Positions 9,626 through 21,471 of a DNA stretch of 64,000 nt are shown one piece after another. The stretch is taken from contig JASTWF010000033.1 in the NCBI GenBank assembly GCA_030390025.1, positions 4,404,001-4,468,000 of the forward strand, given 5' to 3'. Made by a program: the position numbers and the translations under genes. Every line of letters starts with the position of its first letter. The first letter of the stretch is position 1. The notes under the pieces were generated by a model, which had not been told where the DNA came from, ran no database searches, and worked only from the letters and a program-made list of their open reading frames with translations. Source of the DNA: Squalus acanthias. Taxonomy: Eukaryota.

Positions 9626-12600
9626 GACATCTCCTCGCGGCTGGAGAAGAACTTGGAGTGGGAGGGGGAGGATCCAGTTGCCGTGGTCCACGTAGGAACC
9701 AAAGACATCGGTATAACTAGGAAAGAGGTTCTGCTGAGGATGTTTGAGAAGCTAGGATCCAAATTAAAACACAGAACCTCAAAAGGTAATAATCTCTGGA
9801 TTGGTACCTGAGCCCCGCGCAAATTGGCATAGGGACAAACAGAGTAGAGGTTTAACTGCGTGGCTCAAAGAGTGGTGAGGGAGGAAGGGCTTTCAATTTA
9901 TGGGGCACTGGCACCAGTACTGAGGACAGAGGGAGCAGTTCCTTTGGGACGGGCTCCACTTAAACCGGGCTGGAAACAGTGCCCTGGCAAACCGAATAAC
10001 TAGGGCAGTAGACAGGGCATTAAACTAATGAAGGGGGGGGGGGGGGGCGGGGCGGGGGGGGGAGGCTTCAGGAAAGAGTAAATTTAAAAGCAGTGAGAGA
10101 AATGTTAAGGCTCTAGAGCAGAGTAGAGTTTTGGGTAAAAATAAGCAGAGTGGGTCAGGATGGGACAGAGAGACTAACAAAAGTAATAATGCGTCAGTGA
10201 CGAAGGTGACATCAGGGAAAATAGAAATAAGTCAAAGCTAAAGGCACTGAATGTGCGAAGTATTCGCAACAAAATAGATGAATTAATAGCTCAGATAGAA
10301 ATTAACAGGTTAGAGCTAATAGCCATAACGGAAACGTGGTTGCAAAGTGGCCAAGGTTCGGAACTAAATATTTCAGGATACTTAACTTTTAGAAGAGTTA
10401 AGCAAAATGGAAAAGGAGGAGGGTTAGCCCTGATAATAAAGGATGGAATAAAGACAGTAGAAAGAAAGGATCTTAGCTCGGAAAATCAAGAAGTAGAGTC
10501 AGTTTGGGTGGAGCTAAGAAACAGCAAGGTGCTGAAAACATTGGTGGGAGTTGTGTATTGGCCCCCAAACAGTACTTGTAATGTAGGGCAGAGTACAAAT
10601 CAGAAAATTAGAAGCGAATGTAACAAGGGTAATACAATAATCATGGGGGACTTTAATCTACATATAGACTGAGCAAACCAAATTTGCAGTAATACTGTGG
10701 AGGACGAATTCACGGAATGTATGCAAGTTAGGTTTGTAGATCAGTATGTTGAGGAACCAACTAGGGAACAGGCTATTTTAGATCTAGTATTGTGCAATAA
10801 GAAAGGATGAATTAATAACCTTGTAGTAAAGGAGCCTTTAGGGAAGAGTGACCATAATATGATAGAATTTTATGTTGAGTTTAAAAGTGATTTAGTTAAA
10901 TCTGAAACTAAGGTCTTAAATAGAAACAAAGCAAACTACGTAGGTATGAGAGGTGAGCTAAGGTAGATTGTGAAACTACATTAAAAGCTGTGACGGTAGA
11001 CAAGCAATGGATAGCATTTAAAGAATTAATACATAATTTACAAAAAAAATACATTCCTTTAAGGCACAAAAACCCCACAGGAAACGTGTTCCTACCGTGG
11101 TTAACAAGAGACGTTAAAGATAGTATTAGATCAAAGGAAGAAGCTTATATTGTTGCCAAAAAGAGTAGTCAGCCTGAGGTTTGTGAGTGTTTTAGAATTC
11201 AGCAAAGGAGGACCAGAAACTGATAACGAAAGGGAAAATAGAATGAGAGTAAACTAGCAAGAGTCATAAAAACAGATTGTAAAATCTGCTATAGTTATGT
11301 AAGAAGGAAAAGATTTGCGAAAGTAAATGTGGGTCCTTTACAGGCTGAGACAGGAGAAATTATAATGGGGAATATAGAAATGGCAGATAAATTAAACAAA
11401 CACTTTCTGTCTCTCTTAACGGAAGAAAAATGCAAAAAACTTCCCGGAAATAGTGGAGAACCAAGGGTCCAGCGAGAATGAGGAACGGAAAGAAATGTGT
11501 ATTAGTAAAAAAAAGTACTGGAGAAATTAATCCGTGAAAGCCAATAAATCCCCTGGACCTGCTGGCCTACCTCCTAGGGTTTTGAAAGAGGTGGCTATAG
11601 AGATAGTGGATGCACTGGATGCCATTTTCCAAAATTCCATCAATTCTAGAATGGTTCCCGCAGATTGGAAGGTAGCAAATGTAACCCTACTATTTAAGAA
11701 AGTAGGGAGAGAGAAAATGGGGAACTACAGACCGGTTAGCCTGACATCAGTCGTAGGAAAAATGTTATAATCTATTATTAAGGAAGTGGTAACAGGGCAA
11801 TTAGAAAATAATAATGTGATTGGGCAGAGTCAACATGGATTTATGAAAGGGAAATCGTGTTTGACGAATTTGTTAGAGATTTTTGAGGTTGTAACTAGCA
11901 GAATAGATAAGGGGGAACCAGTGGATGTGGTGTATTTGGATTTTCAGAAGGCATTCGATAAGGTGCCACACAAGAGGTTATTAAACAATATTAGGACTCA
12001 TGGGATCGGGGGTAATATACTAGCATGGATTGAGGATTGGTTAACGGACAGAAGAGAGTAGGAATAAACGGGTCATTTTCGGGTTGGCAGGCTGTAACTA
12101 GTGGGGTACCGCAAGGATTAGGGCTTGGGCCTCAGCTATTCACAATCTATTTCAATGATTTGTATGAGGGAACCAAATGTAATATATCTAAGTTTGCTGA
12201 TGATTCAATGCTGGGTGGGAATGTAAATTGTGAGGAGGTTGCAAGAAGGCTTCAAGGGGATATAGACAGGCTAAGTGCGTGGGCAAGAACATGGCACATG
12301 GAATATAATGTGGAGAAATGTGAATTTGTCCACTTTGGTAGGAAAAATAGAAAAGCAGAATTTTTTTTTAAATGGTGAGAGATTGGGAAATGTTGATGTT
12401 CAGAGGGACCTGGGTGTCCTTGTACACGAATCACAAAGTTAACATGCAGGTACAGCAAGCAATTAGGAAAGCAAATGGCATGTTGGCCTTTATTACAAGA
12501 GGATTTGATTACAAGAGTAAAGACATCTTACTGCAGTTATATAGGGCCCTGGTGAGACCACAGCTGGAGTATTTTGTACAGTTTTGGTCTCCTTACCTAA

Positions 12601-13108
12601 GGAAAGATATACTTGCCATAGAGAGTGCAACAAAGGTTCTCCAGCCTGATTCCTGGGATGGGGGGACTGTTCTATGAGGAGAGATTGAGTCGACTAGGCC
12701 TATATTCTCTAGAGTTTAGAAGAGTGAGAGGTGATCTCATTGAAAAATACAACATTCTTACAGGACTTGACAGGGATGATGTTTCCCCTGGCTGGGGAGC
12801 CTAGAACCAGGGGTCACAGTCTCAGAATAAGGGATCGGCCATTTTGGACTGAGATGAGGAGACATTTGTTCAGAGGGTGATGAATCTTTGGAATTCATTA
12901 CCCCAGAGGGCTGTGGAGGCTCAGTCGTTGAGTATTTTCAAGACAGATATCGATAGATTTTTGAATATTAAGGGAATCAAAGAATATGGGGCAAGTGCAG
13001 GAAAGTGGAGATGAGGTGGAAGAACAACCATGATCTTATTGAAAGGCAGAGCCGGCTCGAAGGGCCAAATGGGCTCCTCCTGCTCCTATTAATTATGTTC
13101 TTATGTTC
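9626..13108 (+). mobile_element. Decayed CR1-type LINE: 3' part of ORF1 SGNH esterase, ORF2 APE endonuclease plus RT, (TTATGTTC)n tail
   Basis: DISSRLEKNLEWEGEDPVAVVHVGT; RSIRNK, ITETWL, MGDFN; YRPVSLTS, YLDFQKAFDKVPH, SGVPQG, KFADD. Many stops and frameshifts. Confidence 0.92.
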
Positions 13109-13349
13109 ATTACAAATCCACACATGATCCTGGTTATAAGACAGTAGACTTCTAGTGGATCAATCATTCACAGTCAGTGGTGCTTACGATCTTCAGAAAT
13201 GGGAAATAGGACATTGGTTATCTGTGGAAGAGAGACAGACTGTGAATGGTCAGAAGCGCACTATTATTTTATCAGACCTTGGGCACGTTATCTATGATAT
13301 TGTGTGCATTGGGTGATGGACAGACTGGGAAGGGAAGGTCGTTCCAATC

Positions 13350-13905
13350 GGCGGACTATTTGATCCTTAACTGAGATTCCAACCCCATATCCTCTCCATC
13401 ACCAAGACCGCCTACTTCCACCTCCATAATATTGGCCATCTCCGCCCTTGCCTCAGCTCATCTGCTGCTGAAACCCACACCAATGCCTTCGTTACCTCCA
13501 GATTGAACTTCTCCAGCCCTCTCCTGGTCAGCCTCCCTATTCCAAAGCGCTCTTGGTCGGCCTGCCACCTTGCACTCTCCGGAAACTTGGTCATTTAAAA
13601 CTCTGCTGCCCCTAACCTAACTTGCACCAAGTCCCGTTTACCCATCACCCCATTCTTCGCTGACCTACATCGGCTCCGCGTCCGGCAATGCCTCGTTTTA
13701 AAAATTCTCATTTTTGTATTCCGATCCCTCCATGACCTCACCCTTCCAATCCCTGCAGCTTCCTCCAGCCCTACAACCCAAGATCTCTGCACTCTCCAAT
13801 TCTGGCCTCTTGCACGTCCCAGATTTTCATCATTCCATCATTCCCAGCCATTTTTCAGCTTCCTCGGCCCTAAGCTCTGGAATTCCCTCTTTAATCCTCT
13901 CTGAT
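13350..13905 (+). mobile_element. L2-clade LINE 3' fragment
   Basis: Reads PHILSITKTAYFHLHNIGHLRPCLSSSAAET...AFVTSRL, then ...PITP...LHRL; typical C-rich L2 RT C-terminus. Confidence 0.7.
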
Positions 13906-14059
13906 CATTAACAGAAATCCACTCTCCTTATATCAGGACTCGTACATGTTATCTGTGGTATTGTGTGCACTGAGCGAGAGACGGACTGTGAAAGAACAGG
14001 AGGTAATCTGCTGTTGCTTCAGGACTCTGGTTATCTGGTGTATCAACTCCACTTCCAAA

Positions 14060-14490
14060 GTAACCTTATCACTGGTGAAGGTTACTGTCATTCTGAAGGT
14101 ACAGAGGGGAATGAGAAAGATTATTCAAGGTATTCGGAGTTTAGGTTGAGGGGGTTTGATGTGCTTTGTTTGGGCAACAGACTTCTGTATTGAAACGTTT
14201 TAATGGAATTCACGACATTAGTGCAGGAAACAGGCTCACATTTACAAATTAATTAGTAACGGAGAAAATTGAATGTCAGAAGTAGGAAGGGAAACGAAGG
14301 TAACTTTTTTTACCCAAAGGGTAATAGAGCGGGGGAACAGTTATCAGGGAAGGACACGAAAGGGGCAGTGTTAGTGGCGTACGGAGACAAGTAAATGCGA
14401 TTCTGTGGATACAATGAGAGGAGGGGTAGTTGGGTTCGCCTCTATAATAGAGAAACGCTCATTTGGGACAAATGGCCATTTGCTGTCCTA
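14060..14490 (+). mobile_element. Very old CR1-like 3' fragment
   Basis: Weak similarity to CR1 3' end (LKVQRGMRKIIQG; aactttttttacccaaagggtaat). Confidence 0.4.
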
Positions 14491-14494
14491 ATCA

Positions 14495-15605
14495 TTACAT
14501 AGGATTGCATCGGATATACGGCACAGAAACAGGCCATTCGGCCCAACCAATCCATAACCCTCTATTCCCTTCTCCCTCATATGCTTGTCCAGCCCCCCTT
14601 AAATACATCTATACTATTCGCTTCAACCACTCCCTGGTAGAGAGTTCCACATTCCCACCACTCTCTGGGTAAAGAAGTTTCATTTGAATTCCCTGTTGGA
14701 TTTCTTAGTGACTGTCTTTCTTGATGGGCTCTAGTTATGAGCTTCCACACAAGTGACAACATTCTCTCTGTATCCACTCTATCAAAATGTTTTATTATTT
14801 TAAAGACATATATTAGGTTACCCCTTAGCCTTCTTTTTATCAAGAGAAAATAGACCCAGCCTGTTCATCCTTTCCTGATATGTATACCCTCGCACCCTCT
14901 CCAGTGCCCCTATATCCTATATCCTTTTTATAATATGACGAACAGAACTGTACACAGTGCTCTTAGTGTGGTCTACCCAAGGTTCGATACAGATTTAGCA
15001 TAACTTCCCTACTTTTCAATTCTGTTTCTCCAGAAATAAACCCTAGTGCTTGGTTTGCTTGTTTATGGTCTTGCTAACATGTGTTGCAACTTTTAGTGCT
15101 TTGTGTATGTGTGCTCAGAGATCCCTTTGTTCCTCTACCCCACCTGGACTCTCACCCTCCAAGCGATAGGCGACCTCCCTATTCTTCCTACCAAAATGCA
15201 ATACCTCACATTTATCTGTGCTGAACTTCATTTGCCAATTATATGCCCATTCTGCAAGTTTATTAATGGACTCCCGTAACTTGATGCAGTCCTTCTCAGT
15301 ATTTACTATCCTCCCCACACAATTTGGTGTCATCTGCAAATTTAGAAATTGTGTTTTGATTCCTAAGTGTAAATCGTTAATGTAAATTGTGAACAACAAT
15401 GGTCCCAGCACTGATCCTTGTGGATCACCACTACCCACCTTCTGCCACTGTGAATAGCTACCCTTTACTCATACTTTCTGCTTTCTGTCCTGAAGCAAGC
15501 CAGCAATCCATTCTGCTACTTGTCCCCTGACTCCACATTCTCTGACCTTGTTCATCAGTATATTATGGGGTACCTTATCGAAGGCCTTTTGAAATCATAT
15601 CCTGT
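14495..15605 (-). mobile_element. CR1-type LINE 3' (RT) fragment, antisense
   Basis: Minus-strand ORFs GDPQGSVLGPLLFTIYINDL...WQMKFSTDKCEVLHFG and RRLRGNLIYVFKII; DFKRPSIRYP (decayed DFQKAFDKVP). Confidence 0.88.
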
Positions 15606-16863
15606 TATATTGTGTTCCAGAAATTGTGAACCCAGAATTTGCGGTCGGATTGATGGCGAACTGACAGCTTTCGCCATGATTTCTCCTTCGAAGCTGACTG
15701 CAACTTCGGGATTTTGGCACATGAGCAGGTCCATGCGAAAATCCTGAAGTGGCGGTCTTGTCAATGACAGCTCCGACACTAGCTGCGCTGTGCCCCCCAC
15801 TCCCACCACCTGCCCCCACAGAGCCGGCAATCAGTGTCAATACCAGATCAGGGAAACTGAAGAGAGCTTCAGTTCTTCCGCAGTATGTACACTGTCCAAT
15901 TTCTCACTATCCTGAGATAGAAAGGAATTGCTGAAACTGGGGTTTTTAAAGCGTTATTACTAGTAAACAACTGGTAAGGGTCTGGAAACTAATTTTACTT
16001 TTGCGCAGTGTGAAATTTGTCCATTTTAATAGAAATATTTGTTTTAAGAAAATTTTCAAAAGAAATATTTTAATGTTTGCCCATCTTTATATCAGGTTTG
16101 GTTTTCACCCTTGAGAGCCCAAGCTTTGTTTTGCTCTCTCTAACATTTTTAAATGTTACAATTTTAAGGGCTTGTTCACTTCCTTGTTCGCTGTCTGAGA
16201 ATTCTGACTTTAGATTGGCTGCTTAGACAAACTGTTGAGGTCACAGCAGTTCGCATAAGGGAATCCCCATTAACTTCTGTTGATTTTAATTAAAGTTCGG
16301 AAAACCCGACGTTCTCGACACAGTGATCACGAGAACCTTGTGCGAAAAGACCTTCGGGGCCAGCCTTCTCCTGAGGTCCCCAACATCACAGAAGCCAGTC
16401 TTCAGCCAACACAATTCACTCCAAATATCAAGAAAGCGCACTGGATACAGCAAAGGCTGTGGGCCCTGACAACATCCCGGCTGTCGTGCAGAAGACTTGA
16501 GCTCCAGAACTAGCCATCCCATCAGTCTACTCTCAATCATCAGCAAAGTGATGGAAGGTGTCATCGAAAGTGCTATCAAGCAGCACTTACTTATCAATAA
16601 CCTGCTCATTGATGCCCAGTTTGGGTTCCGCCAAGACCACTCGGCTCCCCACCTCATGGACAAAGGAGCTGAATTCCAGAGCTGAGGTGAGAGTGACTGC
16701 CCTTGACATCAAGGCATCATTTGACCGAGTGTGACATCAAGGAGCCCCAGTAAAACTGAAGTCAACGGGAATCAGGGGGGAAACTCTCCACGAGCTGTTT
16801 CGCGTTTCGGATCTGGAGCTGCGGCTGGAGTCACTGTGGAGCATCGGCGAGGCTGAGATCTAC

Positions 16864-17652
16864 GTGGATAGCACGTTTAACGAGTTGGTCACACCGCAGA
16901 TAAAAAGTGCACAGGCAGAAAGGGACCGGGTAACCGCCAGACAGAGTAAAAGAACTAGGAAGGTAGTGCAGGAGTCCCCTGGGTCCATCTCCCTCTCCAA
17001 CAGATTTTCCATTTTGGATACTGCTGGGGGAGATGGTTTCTCAGGGGAATGCAGCAAGAGCCACGTCCGTGGCACTACGAGTCGCTCAGCTGCAGAGGAG
17101 GGGAGAAAAAAGAGTGGGAGAGCAATAGTGATAGGGGATTCTATCGTAAGGGGAACAGATAGATGTTTCTGGGGCCGCAGACGTGAATCCAGGATGGTAT
17201 GTTGCCTCCCTGCTGCCAGGGTCAAGGATGTCACTGAGCGGCTGCAGGACATTCTGAAGGGGGAGGGTGAACAGCCAGAGGTCGTGGCCTATATCGGTAC
17301 CAACGACATAGGTAGAAAGAGGGACGAGGGCCTGCAAGCAGTATATAGGGAGCTAGGAAATAAATTAAAAAGCAGGACCTCAAAGGTAGTAATCTCAGGA
17401 TTACTCCCAGTGCCACGTGCTAGCGAGAGCAGAAATTGGAGAATAGACCAGATGAATACGTGGCTGGAGAGATGGTGTAGGAGAGAGGGATTTAAATTCC
17501 TGAGGCATTGGGATCGATTCTGGGGAAGGTGGGACCTGTACAAGCTGGACGGATTACGCCTCGGCAGAACCGGGACCAATATCCTCGCAGGGGGTTTTGC
17601 TAGTGCTGTTGGGAAGGATTTTAAAAAGCTTGTAAGGGGGCTGGAAACCTAA
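16864..17652 (+). CDS. CR1 ORF1 fragment, SGNH/GDSL esterase-like domain
   Basis: AIVIGDSIVRG, IGTNDIG and DGLRLGRTG blocks; preceded by the typical ISLSNRFSIL motif; 5'-truncated. Confidence 0.8.
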   Translation: MDSTFNELVTPQIKSAQAERDRVTARQSKRTRKVVQESPGSISLSNRFSILDTAGGDGFSGECSKSHVRGTTSRSAAEEGRKKSGRAIVIGDSIVRGTDRCFWGRRRESRMVCCLPAARVKDVTERLQDILKGEGEQPEVVAYIGTNDIGRKRDEGLQAVYRELGNKLKSRTSKVVISGLLPVPRASESRNWRIDQMNTWLERWCRREGFKFLRHWDRFWGRWDLYKLDGLRLGRTGTNILAGGFASAVGKDFKKLVRGLET

Positions 17653-19120
17653 GTGTGGACCCAGAACAGGGAGAAACAAAGCTGGAAGTGCAAGTTAGAA
17701 AAGTAGTCAGCAAAACTAGTAGGGAGCAGAAACAAAAGCCAACAGTAAAGAGGGTCAAAGTGCCGAAAAATATTAAACAAGCAAAGTTGAAGGCACTTTA
17801 TCTAAATGCACGTAGCATTCGCAACAAGGTGGATTAATTAATGGCACTAATGGAAGTAAATGGGTATGATGTAATTGCCATTACAGAGACATGGTTGCAG
17901 TGTCACCAAAGCTGGGAACTGAATGTTCCAGGGTACTCAACATTTAGGAAGGACAGACAAAAAGGAAAAGGAGGTGGCGTAGCGCTGTTAATAAGGGAAC
18001 AGATCGGTACGGTAGAGATAAAGATCTTGGCTCGGCAGATCGTGATGTAGAACTGGAATCAGTTTGGGTGGAGCTAAGAAACAGCAAAGGGCGGAAAACA
18101 TTGGTGGGAGTTGTGTATAGGCCAGCAAACAGTAGTGGTAATGTAGGGCACAGTATCAGTCAAGAAATTAGAAGTGCATGTCACAAGGGCAATACGGTAA
18201 TCATGGGGGACTTTAATCTACATATTGACTGGGCAAATCAAATTACCACTAATGGTGTGGAGGACGATTTCTTGGAATGCATGCGGGATGGTTTCCTGGA
18301 TCAGTATGTGGAGGAACCAACCTGGGAACAAGCTATTCTGAATCTGGTACTGTGTAATGAGAAAGGGCTAATCAATAATCTTGTGGTAAAGGGGCCTTTA
18401 GGGACAAGTAATCATAATATGGGTAGAACTTAAAAACAAAAAGGGGGCAAGCACTTTCTGGGATTGTACTGTAGACCCGCAAACAGTCAGGGGGAGATAG
18501 AGCAACAGATATGTAGGCAAATCTCAGAGAAGTGTAGAAATAATAGGGTAATAATAGTAGGGGATTTAAACTTCCCCAATATTAACTGGGATAGTCAGAG
18601 TGTGAAAGGCTTAGAGGGTGCTGAATTCTTAAAGTGCATCCAGGAGAGCTTTTTGAGCCAGCATGTAGAAAGTCCTACAAGAGAGGGGGCGGTACTTGAC
18701 CTAATTCTAGGGAATATAGCCGGGCAAGTGGTAGAAGTGTCAGTGGAAGAGCATTTTGGTGACAGTGACTAAATTCGGTGAGATTTAAGGTAGTCATGGA
18801 AAAGGACAAAGATGGACCAGAAATAAAGGTGCTAAATTGGGGGAAGGCCGATTTTAATACGATAAGGCAGGATCTGGCCAAAGTGGACTGGGATCAGATA
18901 CTTGTAGGAAAATTCACATCAGAGCAGTGGGAGTCTTTCAGAAAGGAAATAGAGAGAGTACAACGCCAACATGTTCCCGTAAAGGTCAAGGGTGGGACCA
19001 ACAAGCCCAGGGAACCCTGGATGTCAAGGGATATACAAGAATGGATTAGGAAAAAAAGGGAGGCTTTTGGCAGATACAAAGGACTAAAAACAGTGGAAGC
19101 CCTAGAGGAGTATAGAAAGT

Positions 19121-19240
19121 TGAGAGGTCGCACAACACCAGGTTATAGTCCAACAGTTTTATTTTAAATCACAAGCTTTCGGAGTTACAACTCCTTCGTC
19201 GGGTGAAGTGAGGAGATACAGAATCGTCAAAGCATAGCAT
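19121..19240 (-). mobile_element. 120-bp solo Penelope (family 2) terminal-repeat insertion with 12-bp TSD
   Basis: Flanked by AGTATAGAAAGT at 19109-19120 and 19241-19252; sequence matches ~19736-19852. Confidence 0.9.
19169..19206 (-). ncRNA. Minimal type I hammerhead ribozyme motif (U4C variant)
   Basis: Minus strand: TCAC-CCGACGA-A-GGAGT-tgta-ACTCC-GAAAGCTT-GTGA. Stem I TCAC/GTGA, perfect 5-bp stem II, palindromic AGCT stem III, CUU cleavage triplet. Confidence 0.7.
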
Positions 19241-19783
19241 AGTATAGAAAGTGCAGGGAGGTAATTAAAAAATTAGGAGAGCGAAGAGGGGGCATGAAAA
19301 AACACTGGCGGGCAAAATAAAGGAAAATCCCAAGGTGTTTTATAAGTATATCAAGGGCAAGAGGATAACCAGGGAAAGAGTAGGGCCCATTAGGGACCAA
19401 AGTGGCAATCTGTGTGTAGAGCCAGAAGATGTAGGTGAGGTTTTAAATGAATATTTTGCATCTGTGTTCACTATGGAGAAGGACGATGTAGGCATAGAAA
19501 TCAGACAGGGGGATTGTGATATACTTGAACAAAATAGTATTGGGAGGGAGGAGGTACTAGCGGTTTTAGCAGGCTTAAAAGTGGATAAATCCCCAGGCCC
19601 AGACGAGATGTATCCAAGGCTGCTGTGTGAGACAAGGGAGGAGATTGCAGGTGCTCTGACACAAATTTTCAGAACCTCTCTGGCTACAGGGGAGATGATG
19701 CGGAGATGCCGGTGTTGGACTGGGGTGGACAAAATTGAGAGGTCGCACAACACCAGGTTATAGTCCAACAGTTTTATTTGAAA

Positions 19784-19822
19784 TCACAAGCTTTCGGAGC
19801 TTACTACTCCTTCGTCGGGTGA
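19784..19822 (-). ncRNA. Minimal type I hammerhead ribozyme motif in Penelope family 2 terminal repeat (U4C variant)
   Basis: Minus strand: TCAC-CCGACGA-A-GGAGT-agtaa-GCTCC-GAAAGCTT-GTGA. Confidence 0.7.
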
Positions 19823-20156
19823 AGTAAAAAGATACAGAATCGCCAAAGCATATATAGATAGAGAACAATGCATGTGTACCTTACAATTGCAGACAACTAA
19901 ATTAAATCATCCTGACTATCTGCCGAGGTGTGATAAAGTTAATCAGGTCAGCCAGGAAGGTAACACATCAAAGACATAGCAAGATACAACTGAGACGATG
20001 AGGTGGAGTCGCAGGGGATCTAACGTGTCAAAAGCTGCCGTCTGTATGTAGCACGATAAGCTTTAAAATGTTTACTTTTTTACTGGGAAAATTTTTACTT
20101 TTTTACTGGGAATCACATCTGTGAACAAGCCAACGACGACTCGAGTCCGGATCACG

Positions 20157-21471
20157 TCATGTATCGTGACATAAACCCAAGATCCGGTTGAGACCGTCTT
20201 CATGAGTGCGGAACTTGGCTATCAGTTTCTGCTCGATGATTTTGCGTTGTCGTGTGTTTCTAAGGTTGCCTTGGAAAACGGTTACCCGCAGATCCGAGGC
20301 TGAATGTTCTTGACTGCTGAAGTGTTCCACGACTGGGAGGTAACAATCCTGCCTGGTGATTGTTGCGCGGTGCTCGTTCATACGTTGTCTCAGTGTCTGC
20401 ATGGTCTCGCCGATGTACCATGCCGCGGTGCATTCTTTCCTGCAACGTATGAGGTAGACAACGTTGGCCGAGTCACATGAGTATGTTCCATGTACCTGGT
20501 GGGTAGTGTCCTCACGTGTGATGGTGGTATCTGTGTTGATGATCTGGCATGTCTTGCAGAGTTTGCCGTGGCAGGGTTGTGTGGTGTCGTGGTCGCTGTT
20601 ATCCTGAAAGCTGGGTAATTTGCTGCGAACGATGGTACTTCTGGGTTTAGGTGGCTGTTTGAAGGCAAGTAGTGGAGGCGTGGGGATGGCCTTAGCGAGG
20701 TGTTTGTCGTCATCGATGACATGTTGAAGGCTGCGAAGAACATGGCGTAGTTTCTCCACTCCGGGGAAGTACTCGACGACGTAGGGTACCCTGTTGGTTG
20801 TGTCCCGTGTTTGCCTTCTGAGGAGGTCTATGCGATTTTTCGCTGTGGCCCGTCGGAACTGTCGATCAATGAGTCGAGCGTCATATCCCGTTCTTACGAG
20901 GGCGTTTTTCAGCGTCCGTAGGTGTCCATCGCGTTCCTCCTCGTCTGAGCAGATCCTGTGTATTCGCAGGGCTTGTCCATAGGGGATGGCTTCTTTAACG
21001 TGGTTAGGGTGGAAGCTGGAGAAGTGGAGCATCGTGAGGTTGTCCGTGGGCTTGCGGTAGAGTGAAGTGCTGAGGTGTCCGTCTTTGATGGAGATGCGTG
21101 TGTCCATGAATGAAACCGATTCTGAGGAGTAGTCCATGGTGAGTTTGATGGTGGGATGTAACTTGTTTATGTTATCGTGTAGTCTTTTCAGTGATCCTTC
21201 GCCATGGGTCCAAAGGAAGAAAATGTCGTCGATGTATCTGGTGTACAGCGTTGGCTGGAGGTCCTGTGCAGCGAAGAAGTCTTGCTCGAACTTGTGCATG
21301 AAGATGTTGGCGTATTGGGGTGCGAATTTGGTCCCCATGGCTGTTCCGTGTGTTTGGGTAAAAAAATGGTTGTCGAAGGTGAAGACATTGTGGTCAAGGA
21401 TGAAGCGGATGAGTTGTAGGATGGCGTCTGGAGATTGGCTGTTGTTGGTGTTGAGTACTGAGGCTGTCGCA
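20157..21471 (-). CDS. Penelope polyprotein fragment: C-terminal RT plus GIY-YIG endonuclease
   Basis: QTHGTAMGTKFAPQYAN, YTRYIDDIF, YRKPTD, CxxxxCxxC linker, NVVYLIRC...WYIGET...RMNEH; probable 1-nt frameshift in the last codons (GLNRILG instead of GLNRDLG). Confidence 0.92.

Larger units (their letters stand above)
19698..21471 (-). mobile_element. 5'-truncated Penelope-like element (family 2) with 15-bp TSD, inserted antisense in CR1-B
   Basis: GCTACAGGGGAGATG at 19683-19697 and 21472-21486; removing the insert restores the CR1 frame (SLATGEMPEDWRTANVVPLFKK). Confidence 0.93.

Noticed and set aside
10033..10062. Poly-G tract, potential G-quadruplex
   Set aside because: Lies in the CR1 ORF1-ORF2 spacer; likely slippage expansion, and homopolymer length is unreliable.
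9575..13230. Possible small upstream NLR exons (acceptor cttataaccag near 13130; donors near 13188 and 9586), one split by the CR1 insertion
   Set aside because: Rejoined readings contain stops or are out of phase with the NACHT exon, and no death-fold sequence is recognisable.
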